From an uncultured Gemmatimonadales bacterium (GTDB lineage Bacteria; Gemmatimonadota; Gemmatimonadetes; Gemmatimonadales; Gemmatimonadaceae): 64,000 bases of DNA. The stretch spans positions 160,001 through 224,000 of the forward strand of contig CAWKNZ010000007.1 of assembly GCA_963851265.1 (NCBI GenBank), in the 5' to 3' direction. The notes below the pieces were generated by a model that searched no databases, was not told the DNA's origin, and saw only the letters and a list, made by a program, of their open reading frames with translations. Position numbers and translations under genes: made by a program. Shown here piece after piece: positions 39,607 through 48,815 of the stretch. Positions within the stretch are counted from its first letter, which is position 1. Each line of letters starts with the position of its first letter.

Positions 39607-42000
39607 TCAGCGCGCCGTCGGACCCGTCACCCGGAACGCGACGCGACCGCCTAACGGGTCGCGCACCAGCCGGCCGCCCTCCACCCGCACGGCCGACACG
39701 CCGCCCTCCGGCGTCGTCACGCTGCCCTCGGCCGGCGCGCCGTCGCTGCTGAACGTGCGAAGCTCCATCGTGCGCCAGTCGATGGCCGCCGTGTTCTGCG
39801 CCACGGCCACGTGCGGAATCACCGTGTGGTCGCGCACCAGCAACACGATCGGGATCTGCCCCGCGGCGATGTCGTGCCACCGTGCGCCCGCGTACACCCG
39901 TCCCGTCTGGTAGTCCGTCCACGCGCCCGGCGGGACGTACACGCGCCGTGCGCTCGCGGTGTCCGCGAACAGCGGCGCGACGAGCAGGTCCGAGCCGAAC
40001 AGGTACTCGTCGTCCACCAGCCACGACGTCGGGTCGCCCGGATACTCGAAGAAGAGCGCGCGCATCATCGGCCAGCCGTGCGCGGACGACGTCCTGGCCT
40101 GCGCGTAGATGTACGGCATGAGCGCGTACTTGAGCCCGATGCCGCGGCGGAAGTCGTCCTCGAACGCGGCGTCGTACTCCCAGGGCTCGCGCGGCGGCGC
40201 GCCGTGCGTGCGGGTGTGCGAGGTGAGCGCGCCGAACGGCAGCCACCGGCGGTACAGGTCGCGCGGCGCCCGGCCGACGAATCCGCCCACGTCGTGGCTC
40301 CAGTACGTGAACCCCGAGAGGCCCATCGAGAGCCCCGCCCGCAGTTCGGCGGCCATGGCCTGGTTCGTGTTCTCCGCGTCGCCGCCCCAGTGCAGCGGAT
40401 AGCGCTGACTCCCCGCCCACGCGCTCCGCCCCCAGATGATGCCGCCGCCGGTGACGCGTTTCGTCACGTCGTAGACCGCGGCGTTGTAGCGAACGGGGTA
40501 GAGGTTGTGCTCGTACCACCCGGTCTCGCCCGAATGGTAGACGCCGTCGACGGGCGCGTTCTCGCCGAAGTCGGCCTTGATCACGCTCACGCCCATGCGG
40601 AGCAGCGCGGCGAGCTTCGCCTGGTACCACGCGACCGCGGCCGGGTTGCTGAAGTCGAGGACCGCGTCCTCGGCCGGCAGCCGCCCGCCGGCGTCTCGCA
40701 CGTGGTAGCCGTGGTCGACGATCTCCTTCCACAGCGGGTTCTTCGGCGTGAAATACGTGTACTGCCAGAGGCTGACGTGGAAGCCGTCGCGCCCGAGATC
40801 ACGAATCATCCCCGCCGGGTCGGTGAAACGGGATTTCGAGAACTGGTAGTCGCTCCGCCAGTCCGTCTCGAACCACCCCGTGTCGAGGTGGAGCACGTCG
40901 GTCGGGATGCGGTGCTCGCGCAGCTTGCGGGCGACGTCCCGGACCTGCGCCTCGGCGTTGTACGTGATTCGGCTCATCCAGAGTCCGAACGACCACAGCG
41001 GCGGCACCGGGCTGCGCCCGGTGAGCGCGGTGTACTCCGAGACGACGTCCTTGGGCTCGCCGAGAAAGACGAAGATGTCGGAGAGCTCGTCGCCCGAGTA
41101 GATCGTGTTGTGCGCGTCGTACTGCGCGCCGACGTCGAACGTCACCGGCGCGCTCGTGTGCGCGAACATGCCATACCCGTTGCTGCTGACGAAGAACGGC
41201 ACCGCCTTGTACTGCAGCCGACTCTGCGCCCCCATCGCATCGCGCAGGTACGAGACGATCCGCTGCCCGCGCTTGTTCAATCGTGTGAACGACTCGCCGA
41301 GTCCGAAGATCTTCTCGTCGGGCGCAAGTTCGAACGTGGCCGCCGTGCTCCGCCCGAGGTCGCGGGTGCGGCGCACGAACGAGAACGGCACGTAGGGCAG
41401 GAACGACGCGGGCTGGCCGAGCCGCTGTGTGCGGGTCAGCAGGCGGCCCGCGGCGTCCCGGAACTCGATGCTCCACGGATTCCGCACGAGGCGCACGGAC
41501 CCGTAGCTGCTCGTATACGTCACCACGCTGTCAGTGCTCGCCACGCGCCACGTGCGATCCGCCGGCACCGGCCCTGCGAGCATCAGCGACGGGCCGTGCA
41601 CCTGGTCGAACCGCACGTCGCGCGTCGAGAAGCGCAGGCGCACGGTTCGCGGACTCACGAAATCGATGCGGAAGGGCAGCGTCGGGTCCCGGTCGTACTC
41701 GGTCGACGGGAACTCGGTCGCGGGGCCGCGCACGAACCCCGCGTCGAGCTTGTTGAAGTTGAGCCCGGACTGGCGGACGTAGCGGTCCCACTGCAGCGCG
41801 CCCTGCCCCGTGGCGGGGTCGAACCGCGCGACCCGGCTCGCCACGAAGTAGGTCTGGTCGACCGGCTGGAAGTCGCCCGCGACGTCGATCGGGTCGCCGA
41901 GTCGTTCGGCGACCGAGGCCGCCCCGGGCTGCGCGATCGCGACGCCGGGCGCGGCGGCGCAGACGAAGACGAACGCGGCGGCGCGTCGCCAGGCGGGCAT
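39607..42000 (-). CDS. secreted GH31 glycosidase (alpha-xylosidase-like)
   Basis: FGLGESF, PPLWSFGLWMS, HLDTGW, KADFGE nucleophile, WGGD, WSHDVGGF. Confidence 0.9.
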   Translation of the reverse strand: MPAWRRAAAFVFVCAAAPGVAIAQPGAASVAERLGDPIDVAGDFQPVDQTYFVASRVARFDPATGQGALQWDRYVRQSGLNFNKLDAGFVRGPATEFPSTEYDRDPTLPFRIDFVSPRTVRLRFSTRDVRFDQVHGPSLMLAGPVPADRTWRVASTDSVVTYTSSYGSVRLVRNPWSIEFRDAAGRLLTRTQRLGQPASFLPYVPFSFVRRTRDLGRSTAATFELAPDEKIFGLGESFTRLNKRGQRIVSYLRDAMGAQSRLQYKAVPFFVSSNGYGMFAHTSAPVTFDVGAQYDAHNTIYSGDELSDIFVFLGEPKDVVSEYTALTGRSPVPPLWSFGLWMSRITYNAEAQVRDVARKLREHRIPTDVLHLDTGWFETDWRSDYQFSKSRFTDPAGMIRDLGRDGFHVSLWQYTYFTPKNPLWKEIVDHGYHVRDAGGRLPAEDAVLDFSNPAAVAWYQAKLAALLRMGVSVIKADFGENAPVDGVYHSGETGWYEHNLYPVRYNAAVYDVTKRVTGGGIIWGRSAWAGSQRYPLHWGGDAENTNQAMAAELRAGLSMGLSGFTYWSHDVGGFVGRAPRDLYRRWLPFGALTSHTRTHGAPPREPWEYDAAFEDDFRRGIGLKYALMPYIYAQARTSSAHGWPMMRALFFEYPGDPTSWLVDDEYLFGSDLLVAPLFADTASARRVYVPPGAWTDYQTGRVYAGARWHDIAAGQIPIVLLVRDHTVIPHVAVAQNTAAIDWRTMELRTFSSDGAPAEGSVTTPEGGVSAVRVEGGRLVRDPLGGRVAFRVTGPTAR

Positions 42001-42010
42001 CGCGCGCACG

Positions 42011-42319
42011 TCAGGCGTCGACGGTGACGGCGTCGTAGATCCGCACCTGGCGCCACAGCCGCGCGCACTCGTCGCGGAACCGGTCGTGCACCGGGTCCAC
42101 CTGGTAGGCGTCGTGCGCCGCCTGGTCGGCGAAGATGGCGACGAGCGCGTACGAGTAGCTGCGGTCGATGATCTCGCGGTTGGTGGCCGCGGGCGTGCCG
42201 AGGTAGCCGTGCTGCACGCTCCCGATGGTCGTGAGCGATCGCGCGCCGGCGACGAACGCTGCGGTTTCGGCCGCGGAGAGGTCGTCGCGGAGCCAGAACA
42301 AGACGGTATGGATGAACAT
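42011..42319 (-). CDS. Dabb family stress-responsive A/B barrel protein
   Basis: HTVLFWL..SYALVAIF..DAYQVDPVH..VRIYD. Confidence 0.9.
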   Translation of the reverse strand: MFIHTVLFWLRDDLSAAETAAFVAGARSLTTIGSVQHGYLGTPAATNREIIDRSYSYALVAIFADQAAHDAYQVDPVHDRFRDECARLWRQVRIYDAVTVDA

Positions 42320-42602
42320 GCGCGCACACTCTAATGGCGTGCGCGCCGCGGCGCGCGGCCATCGTCGGGGCGGCGCTCGGGATGGGGAGGGAGGCGTGCG
42401 GCGGTGACCGATGTTGCACGCGCGCGTCCGTGTTGCAACCGGGCCACACTCGGCCCATTCCCCTCCGCCCCCGCGCCGTGCCGCGGGGGTCGACCCGCCC
42501 GCCTCTCGCGTGATCCTCGCACTCCGCCCTCACTCGGCCGATCGATGCCGCTCGTCCCGAGCTCGATTCGGTGTTCCCCCCGCTCTCCGGGCGCGTCCCC
42601 GG

Positions 42603-43322
42603 GTGACCCTCGCGGCCTCACGCGCCGCCGCTCTCGCTGCCGCACTCACTGCCACATTCGTGGCTGGCTCGCCGCTCCACGCGCAGACGCCCGACAGCGC
42701 GGTCGCGTCGCCGCGCGCTCACGGCGCGCGGTTCGCCGGCGAGTGGCTTCAGGCGAATGGTGGCCCCATCGACCGCCACGCACTGCCGAGTCTGGCCGCG
42801 ACGGTCAGCCGGCGGCTGGACCGAGGCGTCTTCTCCGGCGCAGAACTGGAGGTCGGCTGGCTGCGCGCGGCGCGCCCGACGACCACGGCGCAGGGCGTGA
42901 CCGCGGGACTCGCGCGCGCGCTGCGCGCCGGCCCGCTCACCCTGCGCCCCGCCATTGCGGCGCTCGCGGGGCAGGCACTCAGTACGGTCGATTCCGGCGG
43001 CTACGACTGGCGCGGCATCAACGCGCCGTATCTCGGGCAGACCGGCTACCAGGACCGGCCGCGCCTCACGCGCGGCGCGACCGTCGGGGCCGGGTTGCAA
43101 CTCGGCGCGGACGTCGCCCTCTACCGCGGACTGCACCTGACGGGGTCGGTGCGGCAGTGGACGTACACGGGCCGCGTGATCGCCGCCAACCGCTCGCCGC
43201 TGCTCGCCGGCTTCGGGCTCGCGTTTGACCGTGCCGCACGGAATGCGGGTTCCGCGCGTGCGAGCGGCGCGATCGTTCGGCCGACGGTGAGCGCGATCGC
43301 GCCAGAGGACACGGCACGATGA
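42603..43322 (+). CDS. secreted, probable small outer-membrane beta-barrel protein
   Basis: Signal peptide (..PLHA), alternating amphipathic strands, GFGLAF near the C-terminus; ATGA overlap with the next gene. Confidence 0.55.
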   Translation: MTLAASRAAALAAALTATFVAGSPLHAQTPDSAVASPRAHGARFAGEWLQANGGPIDRHALPSLAATVSRRLDRGVFSGAELEVGWLRAARPTTTAQGVTAGLARALRAGPLTLRPAIAALAGQALSTVDSGGYDWRGINAPYLGQTGYQDRPRLTRGATVGAGLQLGADVALYRGLHLTGSVRQWTYTGRVIAANRSPLLAGFGLAFDRAARNAGSARASGAIVRPTVSAIAPEDTAR

Positions 43323-46300
43323 TCACCACGACGACGCGACGCGTTCGCGCGGCCGCCGGCGGGGCAATCCTGACCGCGGCGGCTCTGCTTTCGGGCGGCT
43401 GCGGCGAGGACCTGCACACCGGACCCGAGAAGTTCCACGCCACCCTCGAGCCGCGGAACTGGGCCGACACCCTCGTCGTGGGCGACGGGCGCCCGGTGGC
43501 GGTCCGCGTGATCGACGACAAGGGGCGGGAGGTGCTCGACGCGTCCGTCCACTGGGCGGTCGCCACGCCGACGATCCTCGGTGCCGCGGCCCTACGCGCA
43601 CCCGTGTCGGCAGGCGCGGCTTCTGAAAGCGTCGCCGCGGGAGGCGTCGATGCTCAGGGCGGCGACAGCGTGCACGTCGACGCGCGCCAGCCGGGCGCCA
43701 CGGACGTCGTGATCACGCTCACCGATCCGCGGTTCTACCCCACCGCGATGACTCGCCGCGCGACCGTGGTCGTGGCCGGGGTGCGCGCCGCGAGCGCGCG
43801 CGACACGACGATCACGGCACTCGGCGACACCGCCGTCGTACTCGGCACTGGCCTCGTCCGCTCGACGAGCACGTCCGGCGCCCTCGTCCCGCGGGCGGGG
43901 CTCGGTGTCCAGTGGACGCGCGTCGGCGCGGGCGCGGTGCAGTTCGCCGGGCCGGTGGGTGACTCCGTGCGCGCCGTTGGGCAGCAGGGCGGCACCGACA
44001 CGCTCGTCGCGACGCATCCGTTCTGCCTCGCCGGCGCGCGCTGCGCGGATACCGTTCTCGTGCACGTCGCGCAGCGCGGATCGCTCGGCGTCAATGCGCC
44101 GGATTTTCGCGCGTGGAGCTTCGGCGATTCCGTCGTGCCGACGGTCGTGCTGCAGGATGCGCGCGGCCACGCCGTCGCGGGCGCTACGCTGCAGGCCGCG
44201 CCGCTCACCGCGGCCGACTCGGCCATCGTGAGCGTCGGCGCCCCCGCTGCCCAACTCGTGCAGGGTGCCGCGCCGAGCGCGGCGCCGGCCCTGCGCGCCG
44301 TACGCGCCGGCGCGAGGGTCGCGGCTCTCCGCGCCGGCCTCGCCCCGACGCCGTTGCGCATGGTGGTGCGGTCGACCGCGGCCTCCACGCCGGCGGCCTC
44401 CTTCACGCAGGCCGCGCCCGTCGCCGTCGCGCCGCTGGTGGCGCAGGGGAACGGGACGGCGCGGGTCGCCCTCCGCGCCGTCGCCGCCGACGGCACCGTG
44501 CTCGCGGTCGACACGATCGCGGTCGTGGTGCGGCAGATCGCCGCGGTGGTGCACGTGACGCCGCCGCAGTCCCTGCTCACGCCCGGCGACTCGATCCCGG
44601 TGCGGATGGAAGCGCGCGATGCGCGCGGGTACGTGATCGCCGACGCGGCGTTCGTGCCCGCGGCCGCCGGTGTCACCGTTTCGGCCGCGGGCATCGTGCA
44701 CGTCGCGCCCGGCGCCGCGGCCGGCACGGCAAGCGTGCTCGCCGCCGTCACCGGCCCCGCCAATCCAGCCGGGTACACCGCGGCGCCGATCCAGGCGCCC
44801 GCCCAGGACACGGCGTGGGTGCGCGTGCGCACGCCACCCGCGATCGTCGCAGGCGACACCACCGGTACGGCGCTCGACGCGCCCGTGTTCAGCCCCGACG
44901 GGCATCCCGTCGCCGGGGCGTGGGTGCGCTTCGTCGTTCCGGCGGGCCGCGTCACGCCGGACTCCGCGCAGACGGGCAGCGACGGCGTCGCGCACGCGGT
45001 GTGGAACCTGCCGACGCGCGCCGGTTCGTACACCGCGTCGGCCGTACTGTTAGGCATCGCGCAGGGCGCGGCAGGCGCCGGGCCGACGGCTGGCGGCGCG
45101 TCGGCGTCCGACTCGGCCGGCCGTATCGTGCTGCGTCGCACGCTCGGTGTGCAGCCCGGTGCGGCGGCCGCGCTGGCGTTGGCGGCCGCGCCGCCCGCGT
45201 CGGCGGCCGCGGGCGCGATCCTCGGCGCCGCTCCGGCGGTTCAGGTGACCGACTCGTCGGGGAACCCGGTGCACGTCGCCGGCCTTCCGGTCGTCGCGTC
45301 GTTAGGCGCCGGCGCGGTCGGGACGCTCGCCGGCACCCTCACCGTGCCGACGGATTCCGCCGGCGTCGCGCACTTCGCCGACCTCGTGCTGAGCGGCGCT
45401 GCCGGGGCACGTACGCTGCGCTTCAGCGCGCCGTCGCTCGCGCCGGTGACCTCGGGCGCGATCGTGGTCACGGTCGGCTCGGTCAGCGCCGGGCAGATCG
45501 TCGTCACGCTCTCCGCTCCGACGGTCGCGAGCGGCGCGACGGCGACGGTGACCGTCACCCCGCGCGACGAGGGCGGCAACCCGATCGGCGCGGGGCGCAC
45601 CGTCGTGATCTCCGTCGGGGGCGGCGCCGGGAACGCCGCGGCGAGCACCGCGACGGTGTCGGCCGTCCGCGACGCGGGCGACGGCACCTACGTCGCGACG
45701 CTGACGGGCGTGCGCGCCGGCAGCGCGGTCCCGATCAGCGCCACCGTCGACGGCGTGGCCGCGACCAGCACGCCGGCGCTGCAGGTCACCGGAGGCACGG
45801 CCGCGCGCTTGACACTCTCGCCGGCCACGCTGCACTTCGCCTCGCTCGGCGCCACGGCGACGTTAACGGTCACGAGCGCGACGGACGCGGCCGGGAACGC
45901 GGTCCCGACCATAGGCCTCGTCTGGTCGTCGGCCAGCGGCGTGGCCGCGGTCGTCGGCGGCGGTGACGCGACCGGGACCGTCACTGCGGTAGGCGGCGGC
46001 ACGACCACGATCACCGCCACCCTCGGCACCGTGACGGCCACTTCGGCCGTGACCGTGCAGCAGGTCACGGCGCAGCTGGTGCGCGTCGCCGGCGACGGCG
46101 GAACGGCCGTCCTCGGCACCGCGCTCCCCACGGCGCCGTCGGTGCGCGCGGTCGACGCGGGTGGCGCGAACGTGGCCGGCGTGCCGGTGACGTTCTCGAT
46201 CGGCACCGGCGCCGGACCGGGCGCGACCATCGGTGGCGGCACCACGCAGACGGTCACGACCGGCGCGAACGGCGTCGCCACGGCGGGCAGCTGGACGCTC

Positions 46301-48256
46301 GGGACCGTCCCGGGCGCGTACGCCCTCGCGGCGAGTGCGCCTAACGTGGCGACGGTCGCCTTCTCGGCGACGGCCACCGCGGGCGCGGTGAACGCGTCGC
46401 AGTCGACCCTCACGCTCTCCGCCGCCGCGGTGGCGAGCGGCGCGACGGTGACCGCGACGGTCACGCCGAAGGATGCGTACGGCAACCGCGTGGGCGCCGG
46501 CCACGCGGTCGCCGTGATGTTCGGGAGCGGCTCGCCGGGCGCAGGTGTCGCGACGGGCACCGTCTCCGCCGCAACTGACCGCGGCGACGGTACCTACGCG
46601 GCCACCATCACCGGCGTGCGCGCCGGCACCGCCACGGCGGTGACTGCCACGGCCGACGGGACCGCGATCCCGGCGACCGCGCCCACGCTCACGGTCACGG
46701 CCGGCGCCCCCGCGGCGCTTGCGGTCACGGCGGGCAACGCACAATCGGCGACGGTGCTCACGGCGGTCGCGATCGCTCCGGCGGTCACGGTGACCGATGC
46801 CGCCGGCAACGCAGTCCCAGGTGTGAGTGTCACCTTCGCCGCCGGGACCGGACAGGGCACGCTCACGGGTGCGACGGCGACGACGAATGCGTCGGGTGTC
46901 GCGACGCTCGGCAGATGGACGCTCGGGCAGACGGCGGGCGCGCAGGCCATCACGGCAACGGTGACCGGTGTCGCGCAGGCCGCGACCATCGGTGCGACGG
47001 CGGTGGCCGGTGCGCCGTACCAGATCGTGATGGGGCGTGATTCGCTCTCGCTCGCGGCGCTGAGTGCGGGCGACACCGTGACCGCGGTGGTCAAGGATGC
47101 GGGCGGGAACGTACTGTCTGCCGCGACCGTGACGTGGACGCTCTCGACAACCGGCCCCGTGTCGCTCGGTACGAGCGGAACGCGCCCCGACGGGACGAAG
47201 TGGGTCGGCATCACCTCGACCGGGAACGGCGCGACGCAGATCCGGGCGGCCGTCGGCGGCCTGCAAGGGGTGACGGCCGCGGCCGTCCGCCAGATCGCGA
47301 CGCAGATCGCCGCGACCGGGCCGAGCGTCGCGATGGACATCGGAGACACGACGTCGCTCGCCGTCACCGCCACGGATGCGAACGGTGTCACGGTTCCGCG
47401 CCGCCTGCTCACGTTCACTTCGACCAACGGCGGTGTGGTGCTGGTCGACACGCTGGGGGCGCTGCGCGGCATCGCCCCGGGCACGGCAGCGCTCACGGTC
47501 TCGAGCGGCGTCGCGGGCGGCGCGTCGGCTACGACGAGCGCGACCACGGTGACGACGACCATCGCGTACCATGACTTCTGCACCCTGGCGGGCCTGAATA
47601 CGAGCGGTTCGACGACGCGTTCGGGGTGCGCGATGCGCCTCACGGGCACTTCGGCGAGTCAGACGGGCGGCGTGTGGCAGCCGGTCGCGCAGAAGCTCTC
47701 CGCGAGCTTCGAGACCACGTTCAAGTTCCAGATCTCATCGCCGGGCGGCTATTCGCCCGGGGGCGCCGACGGGCTCGCACTGGTCATCCAGAGCACGAGC
47801 AACACGGCGACCGGGCAGTACGGCGGCGGCATCGGGTACCCGGGGTTGACCAACGCGCTCGCCATCGAGCTCGACACCTGGCAGAACACCGAGAACAACG
47901 ATCCCGACGCCAACCACGTCGCGGTGCAGTCGTGCGGCACGGCGGCGATCACCGCGGTTCACAACACGGCCACTTCGGGCAGCGGCTGCACGTGGGGTTC
48001 GCCCGTCACGCCGAGCATCAACTTCAAGGACGGGCAGGTGCACACGGTACGGGTGACGTACGTCCCGGGCGCCCTCTCGGTCTACTTCGACGGTGCGACG
48101 ACGCCGGCAATCACCTCCGCGATCACGCTGACCAACGTGAAGGGGAACAGCATCCTCGACGCACAGGGTCGCGCGTGGATCGGCTTCACGGGCGCGACGG
48201 GCGGGGCGTGGGAAAACCACGACATCCTGACGTGGAACTTCACCCCGTCGCCGTGA
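43319..48256 (+). CDS. giant surface lipoprotein with Ig-like/invasin repeats and C-terminal L-type lectin domain
   Basis: Lipobox-like LLSGGC, repeated V.D..GN and D.GDGTY.AT motifs, C-terminal GADGLALVIQ..GGGIGY..AIELDTWQN..NHVA..AWIGFTGATG..HDILTWNF. Confidence 0.88.
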   Translation: MITTTTRRVRAAAGGAILTAAALLSGGCGEDLHTGPEKFHATLEPRNWADTLVVGDGRPVAVRVIDDKGREVLDASVHWAVATPTILGAAALRAPVSAGAASESVAAGGVDAQGGDSVHVDARQPGATDVVITLTDPRFYPTAMTRRATVVVAGVRAASARDTTITALGDTAVVLGTGLVRSTSTSGALVPRAGLGVQWTRVGAGAVQFAGPVGDSVRAVGQQGGTDTLVATHPFCLAGARCADTVLVHVAQRGSLGVNAPDFRAWSFGDSVVPTVVLQDARGHAVAGATLQAAPLTAADSAIVSVGAPAAQLVQGAAPSAAPALRAVRAGARVAALRAGLAPTPLRMVVRSTAASTPAASFTQAAPVAVAPLVAQGNGTARVALRAVAADGTVLAVDTIAVVVRQIAAVVHVTPPQSLLTPGDSIPVRMEARDARGYVIADAAFVPAAAGVTVSAAGIVHVAPGAAAGTASVLAAVTGPANPAGYTAAPIQAPAQDTAWVRVRTPPAIVAGDTTGTALDAPVFSPDGHPVAGAWVRFVVPAGRVTPDSAQTGSDGVAHAVWNLPTRAGSYTASAVLLGIAQGAAGAGPTAGGASASDSAGRIVLRRTLGVQPGAAAALALAAAPPASAAAGAILGAAPAVQVTDSSGNPVHVAGLPVVASLGAGAVGTLAGTLTVPTDSAGVAHFADLVLSGAAGARTLRFSAPSLAPVTSGAIVVTVGSVSAGQIVVTLSAPTVASGATATVTVTPRDEGGNPIGAGRTVVISVGGGAGNAAASTATVSAVRDAGDGTYVATLTGVRAGSAVPISATVDGVAATSTPALQVTGGTAARLTLSPATLHFASLGATATLTVTSATDAAGNAVPTIGLVWSSASGVAAVVGGGDATGTVTAVGGGTTTITATLGTVTATSAVTVQQVTAQLVRVAGDGGTAVLGTALPTAPSVRAVDAGGANVAGVPVTFSIGTGAGPGATIGGGTTQTVTTGANGVATAGSWTLGTVPGAYALAASAPNVATVAFSATATAGAVNASQSTLTLSAAAVASGATVTATVTPKDAYGNRVGAGHAVAVMFGSGSPGAGVATGTVSAATDRGDGTYAATITGVRAGTATAVTATADGTAIPATAPTLTVTAGAPAALAVTAGNAQSATVLTAVAIAPAVTVTDAAGNAVPGVSVTFAAGTGQGTLTGATATTNASGVATLGRWTLGQTAGAQAITATVTGVAQAATIGATAVAGAPYQIVMGRDSLSLAALSAGDTVTAVVKDAGGNVLSAATVTWTLSTTGPVSLGTSGTRPDGTKWVGITSTGNGATQIRAAVGGLQGVTAAAVRQIATQIAATGPSVAMDIGDTTSLAVTATDANGVTVPRRLLTFTSTNGGVVLVDTLGALRGIAPGTAALTVSSGVAGGASATTSATTVTTTIAYHDFCTLAGLNTSGSTTRSGCAMRLTGTSASQTGGVWQPVAQKLSASFETTFKFQISSPGGYSPGGADGLALVIQSTSNTATGQYGGGIGYPGLTNALAIELDTWQNTENNDPDANHVAVQSCGTAAITAVHNTATSGSGCTWGSPVTPSINFKDGQVHTVRVTYVPGALSVYFDGATTPAITSAITLTNVKGNSILDAQGRAWIGFTGATGGAWENHDILTWNFTPSP

Positions 48257-48270
48257 TCGGAGCCGACGCG

Positions 48271-48792
48271 ATGATCCGCGCGTACGCCGCCGCCGTGTTC
48301 CTTACCGGAACCGGCGTCGGCGTGCCGGCCGGACGCGCGCCGGCCGCCCTCCCCGCGCCCGACGACGCCCGGGTCGCGGGCGTCTACCGCCTCGAGCGCG
48401 TCAACGGGCGTGCGCTGCCCGCGGCCGACCGCCTCGTCGGCGCGGCCGGCTACGAACTCGTCGGCCGGGTCGACCGGGTGCTGCTCAACCTCCACCCGTC
48501 CGGCCGGTTCACCGTCGACGTGCACTACCAGTACGCGCACGTGGTTGCCGGCACGCCGTTGCCGATCGGCGACGACTGGTCGGACGCCGACGCGCGCGGA
48601 AGCTGGACGGTGCGTGACGGACATCTCACGCTCCGCCCGGATCCGTCGAAGCGCGGGCACACGCCCCCGGCACTCGCCGGCGACTGGAAGCGGGACCGCA
48701 TCGTGATGGACCTTCGTTACGCGGGCCGCTACACCGCAGGCCGGGAACGGCAGTACGTCGTGCGCCTCGAGCGCGCCGCGAACGTGTTCTGA
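48271..48792 (+). CDS. secreted hypothetical protein (lipocalin-like)
   Basis: VAGVYRLERVNG..LP and GSWTV motifs of small beta-barrel proteins. Confidence 0.6.
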   Translation: MIRAYAAAVFLTGTGVGVPAGRAPAALPAPDDARVAGVYRLERVNGRALPAADRLVGAAGYELVGRVDRVLLNLHPSGRFTVDVHYQYAHVVAGTPLPIGDDWSDADARGSWTVRDGHLTLRPDPSKRGHTPPALAGDWKRDRIVMDLRYAGRYTAGRERQYVVRLERAANVF

Positions 48793-48815
48793 CGGCTCGA
48801 CCCGAAGCGGCCCGT

